Positions 11,747-22,760 of a DNA stretch of 64,000 nucleotides are shown piece after piece. Source of the stretch: Gekko japonicus (Eukaryota). The notes beneath the pieces are model-generated. The model was given only the letters and a program-made list of their open reading frames with translations. It made no database searches and was not told the DNA's origin. The first letter of the stretch is position 1. Each line of letters begins with the position of its first letter. The DNA lies in the NCBI RefSeq assembly GCF_001447785.1, contig NW_015168111.1:100354-164353 (forward strand), written 5' to 3'. The position numbers and the translations under genes were made by a program.

Positions 11747-12447
11747 ACAGTCTGCCAATGACTTTTTTTATTTCCATGAGCTCTCTCAGCACATAAAAAT
11801 AAATTGTCTGGAATGTCTTCATTCTTCTGATTGTGCCGATAGTTGCTTGTGTAACCTTGCAGTTGTGCTACTATAACACAGTGTATATGGACCGCCTCTT
11901 AAATATAAATTGGAAACTCCAATAACACTGCAGTGATCCATTTGTTGTTGAAGGTGGCAAGTGTGGAGACATTACACTTGTGTTTAAAAAGATGTATCTA
12001 TTGCTAATTTGTTTATGAGGTCAATTCATGGTACTGATCCTTGTCTTCTCAACCGGTGAGTCATGTGTTTAAAAGCTTTAACTCTACTTTGAAGAACCTG
12101 TGCACCAGCTGTGCTCATCCATCTGACTACTATTTTTTATTTCCCTTTTCAAGTTGTCCACCCTTTCTGTCAAAGCCCATGTCTCTTCTGTTAAGGCAAC
12201 TTCACTGTGGAAAATTTCCTAGAGGAGGTAAGAACTCGTCTTGTGCATTTGCAAGAAAAGGGGTGAATCTGTTGTATTTTCTAGGGTTGTTAATGATTGT
12301 TATTGTGTATGTGGTTTTATTTTCTATCCTTTGCTTTTTATTGTTTGCTTTTATTTTTCATTGTTTTATAGATTCCGTAAAGTTTCTTCTTGTAAGCTTG
12401 TTAGGTAGGCTCTGAATGTTTAATGAATCATAAAGTTGGCTCTGGTC

Positions 12448-12657
12448 CAGTGTTCCTTCTAAGCTGAGTTAGTATGAACTAGCTCACAGTTTTTTAGCCT
12501 CTGGCTCACACATTTTTGTCTTAGCTCAGGAAGGATGGCTCCAGAGCAAACTAATCTATGTAGTAGCCAACTCACTCACTCGCTCGCAATTCTAATGCCA
12601 GTAGCTCAAAAAGTAGAATTTTTGCTCACAAGACTCCACAACTTAGAGGGAGCATTG
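12448..12657 (+). mobile_element. hAT MITE (CAGTGTTCCCTCTAAG family)
   Basis: TIRs CAGTGTTCCTTCTAAG / CTTAGAGGGAGCATTG. Perfect 8-bp TSD CTCTGGTC (12440-12447, 12658-12665). Confidence 0.9.
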
Positions 12658-13057
12658 CTCTGGTCATATCTGTTCCAGTAATAAAACTGGAGATGCATGT
12701 ATCTTGTCATAGGACCTGGGAAACATAGAGAGCTGGAGAAAAACCACTCAACAAAATCAAGAGATCTACTCAAATACGTCAAAAATCGCCAAGCAGCATG
12801 AGAGATATTGTTAGAGACCAGTCAAAGAGAATTCTTGAACATGGGCAATTATGATCTGTTTGTACTTGGCAAACTGTTGCTTTTGAAATTTGTGATGGGA
12901 GAACAGAGAAAACTTGTAAATGGAGAATAAAAATCAGAAACCTCAGGAGTTTCAGTGGCAGTGGTATCATGGATCCATATAAGGAGTAAGAAATAGGTGA
13001 GGTTCTATCAGAATCCTGTCCAGAACTATCATTTCCAGTAAAAATGGAAACATTTCC

Positions 13058-13284
13058 CTGACCTTGGCAGCCCAGGCAAGCCCAATCTCATCAGATCTTG
13101 GAAGCGATGCAGGACCAACCCTGGCAAGTACTTTGAAGGGAGACCTCCAAGGAATACCAGGGCTGGGGCGCAGAAGCAGACAGTAGTAAAGTAACTCTGA
13201 AACATCCATGCCTGCTAGGGGTCAGTAGAAATCAACCACATGCACATGCACAATACTCAACAAAGATATATTTTTTTTTAAAAA
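13058..13284 (+). mobile_element. 5S rRNA-derived SINE (diverged tail)
   Basis: 5S-like CCCAATCTCATCAGATCTTGGAAGC...GTACTTTGAAGGGAGACC. 12-bp direct repeat GGAAACATTTCC at 13046-13057 and 13285-13296. Confidence 0.8.
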
Positions 13285-13489
13285 GGAAACATTTCCAGAG
13301 TTAATGGGGACATTTTGCTTGTCAATGGCTTTTAGGTCCATTCTTGAAATTAACAGAGGCTGTCAGCTCAGGAAAGTAAAGATGTTTTCATTTGCCCCTT
13401 CCTTGCCTCACAAGCCTTGGGGCAGTGACTAGAGCAGCCTACAGACTACCTATGATTATGCTATTTTTTTAAAAAAACAATATTTTAAC

Positions 13490-13699
13490 CAGTGTTCCCT
13501 CTAAGCTTAGTGTGAGCTAGCTCATAGATTTTTTTTTTAAGCTTCTAGGACACACATTTTTGTCTTAGCTCAGGAAGGATGGCTCCAGAGCAAATTAATT
13601 AATGCAGTAGCCAAATCACTTGCTCGCAACTTCAATGCCAGTAGCTCACAAAGTAGATTTTTTTTGCTCACAAGACTCCACAGTTTAGAGGGAGCTCTG
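13490..13699 (+). mobile_element. hAT MITE (CAGTGTTCCCTCTAAG family)
   Basis: Full-length homology to 12448-12657, with degenerate TTTTAAC flanks. Confidence 0.85.
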
Positions 13700-13900
13700 C
13701 AGTTTTAACAGTTTTAACTGCTACTTTCTTCTTCTCCTCCTCCTTGATCAAATGAGTCGCTTCCACTAACATTAGTGAGTTAAGTTTAAGTCGCAAGCTT
13801 TTATAGTGGTATGGGTCAAATGTGTACATTATGTAGCTAAACCAGGCTCAAATGCTGCAAAGGTGTTCCAGTTTTATTTGCTTCCTATTTGTTGATCACT

Positions 13901-14428
13901 GGCCCCATTCACACAGAGCATTTGCTGCGCTAAAGATACGGATGATAGGTGGATTTTCCGGGCGCGATCACACTGCAACATCTGGGAAATGTATTGGACC
14001 CGTGACTAACGCGTGGCTTTGTGCCAAAGATAAAGAGTAAAAAACTAGTACTTACGATGTACTAGTTTCCAGAAAACGCGGGGCAAGGGCGGGCATCTGA
14101 TCGCGTCCCGTCCTAGTCCTGTCGCAAGCCGGTTAGTTTTTTAAAAAAAAGTCTTCACAGGATGCGCACAAACGATCATGTGCATGCTCACCTTTTGGTG
14201 AGAAAAAAAAATTCCCGTTGGCCACGGAAGCGGCGCCTAGCGATTGCTGGTGTGATCGTGCCGCACCACTTCTTTGCCGCACTGCAGGATAGTCATGTGA
14301 TCGGCACCTCACTCCCTAACCATGGGTCTTTGACAGGACGTGTGATCGGGCGGTCACAAGTTATTTTGCTTTGGGGGAAATAGCCATGCTTCCCCCCCCC
14401 CCATTTTCTGGCCAGTGTGACCGGGGCC
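13901..14428 (+). mobile_element. CpG-rich PIF/Harbinger-type non-autonomous element
   Basis: TIRs GGCCCCATTCACAC / GTGTGACCGGGGCC and 3-bp direct repeat ACT. Shares GGGCGCGATC.CAC.GCAACATCTGGGAA with the 15626 element. Confidence 0.75.
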
Positions 14429-14932
14429 ACTGAGTATTTTATAGTTATTTTATTGGATTGATGACATCTATTACCATTTTTCCTTAGTATAAAAATATTT
14501 GTGATTGATGTTATATTGATCTGTGTAGGAAATTGTTGCCACTTTCTAATAGATGAGACCTTTTAACCAGAAAGGACAGGGATTAAACCCAAGACGGTCT
14601 ATATGCAAAGCATGTGTTTCTTCATAGAGCCACAGAACTTCCCTGATTAAGTCAGATCATTGGTCTCTAGATCAGGCTTGTCTTCAGTGGCTGGCAGCAG
14701 GTATCCAAATCTCAGGCCAAGAAAATCTCATAGCTCACATCCTTTAACTGGAAAGGACTGATTCTCTGACCTACAGCAAAGCATGCAATCTACCATTGAG
14801 CCATAACCTCTTGTTTTCATTTTTTATGTAATGTTTTGCCTGTCATTATATTGTGATTGCATTTTATATCATTTGTCTTGTGGAAAACTGTTTAATTATT
14901 GGAGATTGTATGAAATAGCTATATATGTAAAA

Positions 14933-15303
14933 CATAGAATCATAGAGTTGGAAGGGACCTCCAGGGTCATCTAGTCCAACCCCCTTCACAAAGCAGGAAA
15001 TTCACAAATACCTCCCCCACACACACCCAGTGACCCTTGCTCCATGCCCAGAAGATGGCAAAAAACCCTCCAGGATCTTTGGCCAAACTGGCCTGGAGAA
15101 AAATTGCTTCCTGACCCCAAAGTGGCAATCAGCATTTCCCTGGGCGTGTAAGAAAGGGCCATGAGAACTAAACACTGATGCAACCCTCCCTGCCCTCCCT
15201 TCTTGGGATCTGCCTAATTTCACAGAATCAGCATAGCAGTCAGAGGGCCATCTAGCATCTGTTTAAAAACCTCCAAAGAAGGAGAGCCCGCCACCTCTTG
15301 AGG
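14933..15303 (-). mobile_element. CR1 LINE 3' end
   Basis: CATAGAATCATAGAGTTGGAAGGGACC...GGTCATCTAGTCCAACCCC is the reverse complement of the CR1 hairpin plus (ATTCTATG)n tail. TTTAAAAACCTCCAAAGAAGGAGAG corresponds to the ORF2 end. Confidence 0.9.
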
Positions 15304-15425
15304 GAGAAACAGTGGGAGAAATGTGGGAGAAACAGTGAGAACAAAGTCTTTCCCTGGCAGAAGGACTTAGTTATGTTGGAGGCAGGCTTGTCACTTATTG
15401 GAGTCACTGGATCCTATCTATTATG

Positions 15426-15600
15426 AGTGGAATCCAAACAGTTTTTCCTCTGAAGAACAATGAAGGAGTGGTTCTGATCACCAGAAATGGCTATGCTGGA
15501 GATCATGGGATCTTACATGGACAAAAGCCAAGTGGAATGGGGGCTGCTTTAAGGAAGACAATTGGGTAAGACTAAGCAAAAAGGCTTACTGGAACCAGAC
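15426..15600 (+). mobile_element. Old MITE (GGATCCAAC-terminus family)
   Basis: TTTTCC...TGAAGG...GA.CACCA.AAA..GCTATGCTGG..ATCATGG core shared with 26838-27013, 51727-51908 and 57085-57246. Confidence 0.5.
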
Positions 15601-15625
15601 TATCTTCTTATTATTAGTTTACTGA

Positions 15626-16077
15626 GGCCCCGGTCACACGGAGGATTTTGGCCTGGGAGAGGGACGGATCGGGGGCGCAGCAAACGGGCGCGATCTCACC
15701 GCAACATCTGGGAAGCAGCGCGCACCCGTCCCTGATCCCGCCCTAAACCCGGAAAAGCTGCTGCAAAAAAGAACCTCCTACAGAGGAGGACTTACCTGAC
15801 GCACCGCAGCAAGCGTGGCCGTGGGATCGCCGCTGTGCCCGTCGTCCAGAGCAATCCAGGCTCCCTGCCGAACTGCGCACGCGCACACATGTGCAGTTCG
15901 GCAGCCTCGCTCTCCTTTCAGTAGCTTCCCCCCCAGCAACTGATCGTGCCAGGGAGGAACTGTGCGGCGGCTCAGGGGATCTATGTGATCCCGCCGCCNN
16001 NNNNNNNNNNNNNNNNNNNNNNNNNNNNNNNNNNNNNCCTTGGGCCTTCCCCCCCCCCCCCCCGTGTGGCAGGAGCC
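15626..16077 (+). mobile_element. CpG-rich PIF/Harbinger-type element spanning an assembly gap
   Basis: TIRs GGCCCCGGTCACAC / GTGTGGCAGGAGCC with TGA/TCA flanks. Internal hairpin CTGCCGAACTGCGCA...TGTGCAGTTCGGCAG. Reverse-complement homolog at 49569-50054. Confidence 0.75.
15999..16037. other. Assembly gap
   Basis: Run of N. Confidence 1.
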
Positions 16078-16712
16078 TCAGTTAGTTTTAATCTGGTAAT
16101 TTTATAATAGATTTGGGATACAACAATCTGATTATATTCTTGTATTGTATTTTTGTGAACCACTTCAAGGATTTTGTTTATGAGGCAGTCAAAAGATGAC
16201 CATTTAAAATAACATTTTTTTACAAGTTTCAGTAGCAGATGCCAGTTGCCCTGTAGTAGAATGATAAACAATTGATGTGTTATCATTGTATCTTTGGAAG
16301 GATAACTATAAAACTATGAGGGTGATACCTATAGAGCAGGTAGTTTGAACATTTATTAATTTTAAGGTCACTAACAGTGATTTTTTTCTTTTTCAAATTT
16401 ATCCAGAATTCATTTGTTGTTGGAAAACAAGCTAATTCATTTTCCAGAGGTCTTTGCCTGATAACATGGGAAAAAGAATAAAAGGAATACTTCAAAGTAG
16501 CAAGCAGGAAAGAAAGATTTCTACATATTTTCCCTGAAACAATCAATACAGCTAAAGTAAAGAACTCCAAGAATTTTCTCTGCAGCAAACTCAGGAAAAA
16601 AATCTATAAGGAAAGAATTCTGTACCTGAACATAATCTGTAATTACTCACAGTATTGGTTTGTGTGTTATTTCCAAGACTGTATTTTAAATATTTGGTCC
16701 TAGTTATAAATC

Positions 16713-17645
16713 ATGACTGGATCTAATGAGACTGTAGTCAGTGAATTTATTCTTTTGGGCTTTTCTAATTTAGGACAACTCCAGATTCTCCTCTTTGGTG
16801 TATTTCTTGTTGTCTACCTGGCAACTCTGACAGGAAACACCCTCATCATCATTTTAACAAAAACAGACCCTGCTTTGCACAGCCCTATGTACTTCTTCCT
16901 CAGAAACCTGTCCTTTGCAGAAGTTGGCTTTGTGTCATCTACTGTCCCAAAGATGCTTGTGAACCTCCTCTCAGAGAAAAAGACCATCTCTTTGTTAGGA
17001 TGCCGAGCGCAGACATATTTTGTCTTCTTCTTTGGGACTATGGAGTGCTTCCTTTTAATTGCAATGGCGTATGACCGCTTTGTTGCCATATGCAAGCCTC
17101 TGAGGTATCCAGCTGTAATGAACAAGAAGATCTGTAGGCTGATGGCATTGGCGGCTTGCGCCTCAGGCTTTCCAGTTGGGACAGTACAGAGCTCATGGCT
17201 TTTTAGTTTTCCATTTTGCAGGACCAATGTAATCCCCCATTTCTTCTGTGATACTCCACCACTTCTTGAGTTGGTCTGTGGAGACACTTCTAAGTTTGAG
17301 CTATTTTCTCTCATTGGCACCTTTATCATAATATTGGCTCCCTTCACACTGATCCTTATCTCTTATATTCGTATTATAAGCACAATTTTAAGGATGCCTT
17401 CTACTGAAGGGAAGCAGAAAGCCTTCTCCACTTGTTCTTCACATATTATGGCAGTGACTCTGTTTTATGGCACATCCAGTTTGACTTACTTTCGGCCGAG
17501 GTCAAACTATACTCCAGAGATCAAACAACTGCTTTCTCTCTCATATACCATTCTCGTACCCATGTTAAACCCAATCATCTATAGTTTACGGAACAAGGAG
17601 ATGAAGGGTGCATTCACTAGACTGCTGAGGAGAAAAATGAGTTGA
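16713..17645 (+). CDS. Olfactory receptor, family 10A-like, 310 aa
   Basis: NET site, LHSPMYFFLRNL, MAYDRFVAIC, KAFSTCSSH, PMLNPIIYSLRN; intact. Confidence 0.97.
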   Translation: MTGSNETVVSEFILLGFSNLGQLQILLFGVFLVVYLATLTGNTLIIILTKTDPALHSPMYFFLRNLSFAEVGFVSSTVPKMLVNLLSEKKTISLLGCRAQTYFVFFFGTMECFLLIAMAYDRFVAICKPLRYPAVMNKKICRLMALAACASGFPVGTVQSSWLFSFPFCRTNVIPHFFCDTPPLLELVCGDTSKFELFSLIGTFIIILAPFTLILISYIRIISTILRMPSTEGKQKAFSTCSSHIMAVTLFYGTSSLTYFRPRSNYTPEIKQLLSLSYTILVPMLNPIIYSLRNKEMKGAFTRLLRRKMS

Positions 17646-17785
17646 TGGATGTACAGTCTTTTTCACATTACAAAAGTTTGAATTAAAAAAAAGAATGATG
17701 CTACAAGAAACTACTGAATATTGCATAAATTGTTCTTTTGTGTCCTTTGGGGAAATTATTTATAAGCATTTCCATAGAAGACAAT

Positions 17786-17868
17786 ATGAGAGATGATTTT
17801 TTTTACAATGTCCTACAATGAATGCAATGAGAGATGATTTTTTTTTACAATGTCCTACAATGAATGCA
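17786..17868. repeat. About 41-bp tandem duplication
   Basis: ATGAGAGATGA(T)nACAATGTCCTACAATGAATGCA twice, differing only in T-run length. Confidence 0.9.
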
Positions 17869-18050
17869 GCAATGGCAGCTTTCATGTACATTTTCTCTCT
17901 CCACATGAACCTTCCTCTGTCGGTCTCTCGTTGAGTGGTGTTTCTTTGACTGTTATGTTTACCAGTTTGTGTATAGGTAGGGAATGCTGAGCTGAAAATT
18001 CGTAAAGAGGAAAGTGGTTGTGTTATGTTATGTTGTAAGGATAGCTGTGC

Positions 18051-18266
18051 CCTGAGCATGATGGCCTAGGCTATTCCAATCTTGTCAGAGCTTATAAACT
18101 GATCAGGGTCAGCCCTGGGTTAGTACTTGGATGGGAGACCTCCAAGGAATACTCCAGTCATGACATGGAGGCAGGCAATAGCAAACCACCTCTGAATGTA
18201 TCTTGCCTTAAAGACCCTGTTGGGTCCTCATGAGTCAGCAGTGACTTGTTGGCACTTTCCTCCACC
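18051..18266 (+). mobile_element. 5S rRNA-derived SINE, full length
   Basis: GGTTAGTACTTGGATGGGAGACC (exact 5S internal control region sequence), RTE-like tail, and perfect 14-bp TSD AAGGATAGCTGTGC (18037-18050, 18267-18280). Confidence 0.9.
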
Positions 18267-18464
18267 AAGGATAGCTGTGCATCATACTGTTAAAAGTGAT
18301 GTGAAAAATCAGGACTAAATTCATTATCACACATGGTTAGGGAAGGGATGGGCTTAACTACAAAGTTCAGGTTTTGTTATTTTTTCTGCTGCTCGTGGAT
18401 GTCTCATGAAGGGCCTGAAACCTCAGCTTGCTCTTTGATCAGCCCATTCTTGAAGAATACTATC

Positions 18465-18745
18465 AAGAAAAGGAAGAGATTGGATTATACCCTGCCCTTC
18501 ACTACTCGAAGGAGTCTCAGAGTGGCTTACAATTACTTTCCCTTCCCCTCCCCACAACAGACACCCTATGAGGTAGGTGGGGCTGAGAGGGTTCTCTTGA
18601 GAACTGCCCTTGAGTGAACAGCTTTGAAAGAACTTATAACTGACCCAAGGTCACAACAGCAGCTGCATGTGGAGGAGTGGGGAATCAAACCTGGTTCTCC
18701 CAGATTACAGTCCGCACTCCTAACCATTACACTGAACTGGCTCTC
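18465..18745 (-). mobile_element. Squam3-type (MIR/Ther1-derived) SINE
   Basis: Reverse-complement homolog of 33259-33546 with tRNA head and (TTC)-rich tail. Confidence 0.88.
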
Positions 18746-19258
18746 TAGTATTTTATGGTTTATGTTGCAGAACATGGCACCCTAGTGATGTGCGATTACC
18801 ATTCCACTTTGGACCCTCTGAGATGCTGAGACACTCAATGTTTGTCCCGATTCCCCACCCACAGTGCACTGCTCTCTTGAGTGTACTCAGCTCCTGGAGG
18901 GGTCCTTGTGTCTCTCTGGGTATCTGTGCTGCGACCAGCTGGTCTATTAGAGTATTTCCTGCGGAGAGGCCAGCACTCCTAGTACTCCATTTGTGTCACC
19001 ATTTACAGGCTCTGCCTAGTGCCCACATCACCCACTTTCACTCCAACTAGACTTCATGGGGACAACTTTTAAATCATTTGTGCCCTTCCGATGATCTAGC
19101 AGTCTATTGACCAACTGACTCTTTTAGCAATGTCTTTGAGTGGAGCATATTGTGGGCTCTTTTCACATTACCATTCTAAACTGGATGTTATTCATTCTTG
19201 GCCTATCGTCAAGTTAAGCAATACAGGGATGGGGGTTTCACATAGCGATTTTGGGATA

Positions 19259-20074
19259 TGTAACGATTCCTTGTTTATGTGTGTGTGTCTCTTTAAAAGT
19301 TTGGTTGCATGTTAGATAGTCTAGAGTGCTTGAAGAGACAAGTGTGGTGTGATTGGTGATTGACAGAGAGGGGGAGGGGTTTTGGGAAGTGTTTCTGAGT
19401 GGATGAATATTTATGTCTGTCAGGAGTGACAGTTAGGAGGTTTGACAGTTGATAAAGACAGTTGTTAAGTTCTGATTTCTGTGAGAGAAGCAGAAGTTCA
19501 GTTAATTTGTGTGGATGAGAGGAGTGAGACACATCCCTGTGTGGGATAAGTTCATTCTGAGGTCTGAGGGAGAGAGACAGTCTTGTGTGCGATACAAGAG
19601 ATTAAGTTCTGTGTATGAAGAAAAGTTGAATGTATAAGGAAACAAAAGTTAAATGAAAGTCTGAGTGACAGACTGGAGAGAAATAGGAAACGTATATGAC
19701 CCTGAGTAATGAGTTAAAAAGTTACTTGAAAAATCCCTGTCAGAAAGGGAGCAGATCTTGTGCGAGACACAACAAAATTGTTACAATTATTCACATTACT
19801 GGTTACATTGTTCTACACTTTTATTTATGAACTGTTTCAATAAATCTACTCTTATTTAAGCATACCAGCTCTGAAAGACATACTTCCTCAGGCACCACAT
19901 TAGTACCTCGAAAGCCTAAAACCTCAACCTACCTACCCAGTGATAGCCAAAAGAAAGTATAAAGGTTTGGAAAGCCTAAAATTTCCTGGTGGCAGCCGGA
20001 TATACCCAGTAGAACAAAACATAAAGAACACTTTTAAAGGGAAACCAGACCTCCCCAGATAAGGGGTCATCACA
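19259..20074 (+). mobile_element. Putative solo LTR
   Basis: TGTAACGA...TCATCACA termini (TG...CA), AATAAA at about 19839, TGGTGGCAGC at about 19987. No clean TSD. Confidence 0.45.
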
Positions 20075-21249
20075 GAAGCGCTTTGGTCATTTCAAACAGT
20101 GTTACTTCCCCCCCCCTGCCCCTTTTGCCAACGTGTGATCTTCCTATAAGGGTTTTTTAAATGTTCTATAGTGAGCACTATCTCGCTGAACCAATCTCTC
20201 ACTTTACCACTTCAGCGACCCCATTGAGATGCTTGAACTCTCATCCTCCTTTGCGTTGCCTCTTTTCCTTGGAATACATGGGGAAAGTGTAAACATCCTT
20301 ACCTGCAGATTTACATGAGACTGCTTCAGTACATATACTTTTGAGTCAATCACGGGAGGCTCTCAAACAGCAACTCTGAAGCAGAAAACCCTTTTTCTGC
20401 TAACACAGTTAGAGAGACAGTCTTGTGTGCGATACAAGAGATTAAGTTCTGTGTATGAAGAAAAGTTGAATGTATAAGGAAACAAAAGTTAAATGAAAGT
20501 CTGAGTGACAGACTGGAGAGAAATAGGAAACGTATATGACCCTGAGTAATGAGTTAAAAAGTTACTTGAAAAATCCCTGTCAGAAAGGGAGCAGATCTTG
20601 TGCGAGACACAACAAAATTGTTACAATTATTCACATTACTGGTTACATTGTTCTACACTTTTATTTATGAACTGTTTCAATAAATCTACTCTTATTTAAG
20701 CATACCAGCTCTGAAAGACATACTTCCTCAGGCACCACATTAGTACCTCGAAAGCCTAAAACCTCAACCTACCTACCCAGTGATAGCCAAAAGAAAGTAT
20801 AAAGGTTTGGAAAGCCTAAAATTTCCTGGTGGCAGCCGGATATACCCAGTAGAACAAAACATAAAGAACACTTTAAAAGGGAAACCAGACCTCCCCAGAT
20901 AAGGGGTCATCACAGAAATGCTTTGGTCATTTCAAACAGTGTTACTCCCCCCCCTGCCCTTTTTGCCCAATGTGTGATATTCCTATAAGGGTTTTTTTAA
21001 TGTTCTATAGTGAGCACTATCTCGCTGAACCAATCTCTCACTTTACCACTTCAGCGACCCCATTGAGATGCTTGAACTCTCATCCTCCTTTGCGTTGCCT
21101 CTTTTCCTTGGAATACATGGGGAAAGTGTAAACATCCTTACCTGCAGATTTACATGAGACTGCTTCAGTACATATACTTTTGAGTCAATCACGGGAGGCT
21201 CTCAAACAGCAACTCTGAAGCAGAAAACCCTTTTTCTGCTAACACAGTT
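19571..21249. repeat. About 840-bp tandem duplication (19571-20410 / 20411-21249)
   Basis: Both units start AGAGAGACAGTCTTGTGTGCG and end AACACAGTT; identical except for one cluster of differences. Confidence 0.97.
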
Positions 21250-21291
21250 TGCATGGGGGGAAGTTTCAATTTGTGTGTGGGAAAGTGTTAA

Positions 21292-21463
21292 CCAGACTAC
21301 AGAGATCAGTTCCCCTGGAGAAAATGAATGCATTGGAAGGTGGACTGTATAGTATTCATCGTACCCCACTGAGGTCTCCTGTCTTCCCTAGGTGCCAAAT
21401 CTCCAGGAGTTTCCCTGTCTGGAACTGGCAACCCCACTAATCCGAGAAGGACCTGGCAACCCT
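21292..21463 (+). mobile_element. hAT-like repeat (TAGGGTTGCCA family), right part
   Basis: GATCAGTTCCCCTGGAGAAAATG...CTCCAGGAGTTTCCC...CTGGCAACCC. Confidence 0.7.
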
Positions 21464-21661
21464 TCCAAGCACACTGGATTGTAATCTGACTTGTTATTAG
21501 GATTGTTATTTTTTCCTTTTATGGACATAAATAAAAATTTATCTTGCAATTACAAGATATTTTCAAATTCTCTTGCATTTGTGTGTTTGTGTATGCACGC
21601 GTGCTCACTCATTGCAATCCAGGTCTGATAACAATCCAGTGTGCTTGGAAGGGTTGTCAGG
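21452..21661. repeat. Inverted repeat, 39-bp arms
   Basis: 21452-21490 matches the reverse complement of about 21623-21661 at 36/39. Confidence 0.9.
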
Positions 21662-22379
21662 GCCTAATACATTAATTAAAAAAATACACTATTCCTCACA
21701 TAAGCTTTGTTACTCCTCGGAGGTGTAAAGTGCTTTTGATGTTTAATGATAAGCTCTAATATAGAATTATTAAAGAAAGATTACATGAACTTTACTCTCT
21801 GATGAAGAAATGAAATGCCTGAGACTACCTGGGATTTACATTAGTAGTACATCATTTTAAAGAGTTTAAGGGATTGTCACACCTATGTGGATGTATTGTG
21901 GAGTTCTAAGCCTTGCCAAGTTCATTTTGGCACATAGTGGATGTTCCATGGCTTCTGAAAATATTGATCCAGTTCAAGATCTGTAACTTTATTGATACCA
22001 TTGTTTAAAAAGGACCTTTTCCCACTTTGGTGACTTTGTAAATACACACCTTTGTTTTGTAATCCATGAGCTCTCTATCTTGTGATTGGCTTATCTTATT
22101 GTTTTTTTCTTCATTGTGTATGTATGAAACAATAGAAAAGTGGATATTAGAATACTTATGAATATTTCATAATACAAAAACAGAAAAACCCTTAGATTTG
22201 ATACTGAATATTTATTGTTTAAAAAGCATACAGTATTTAGTTTAGGCTATTAGATTAGGGCCTAACACATTGCAGTACAGGACATAGTCTGCCTTCAGAC
22301 TGGCAGTTTGGCCTGATATAGCTGTGTTCCCTAATGGATTAAACTGGCAGGGTCACACAGCCACATCTGTCACCCATTC

Positions 22380-22760
22380 CCCAGTCCTACTCACCCTGTT
22401 GTATGACAAGTTGGAAATAATGTGGTATTTTTGGTTCCCTGTGCATTCATCATGCATGGCTGGATGTCTGAATATGGGGGAGTGCACGGAGAATGGATTT
22501 GCAGTCTGAACCATTTCTGCCACTGGGTTGGGGTTTTTTTGGGGTGGGGAGTTTCTGCCTATATGGGCATACACCCAACTGCATTTAAAAAAAATGACCA
22601 GGCAGTGTGCTCCGTGGCTGAGGGGCTGCAGCAATGTAGATGAGTGCCCATGGGACAGCTGTGCGGGTGACCCACAGCAGGTTGTGCCATCTCGTTGGTA
22701 TGCCCTGCAATACTTCAAAGAGCTACAATTAGAGGTAGTGCCATATCGTTCCAAGCCATC
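22380..22760 (-). mobile_element. Possible decayed PIF/Harbinger transposase catalytic core
   Basis: Minus frames give MGTHLHCCSP (like DGTHIxIxxP), HFF*MQLGVCPYR (like HSxNxQxVCDxR) and FSVHSPIF (like FILRxSxIF), in the expected order. Confidence 0.35.

Noticed and set aside
16814-17347. Antisense ORFs over OR genes (also 5771, 26207, 35047, 44970, 50606, 58919)
   Set aside because: Shadow frames of hydrophobic OR codons; their mutual similarity only mirrors OR paralogy.
18051-18160. 5S rRNA gene
   Set aside because: 5S termini are missing and the sequence is fused to a SINE body and tail with TSDs; the same applies to all nine copies.
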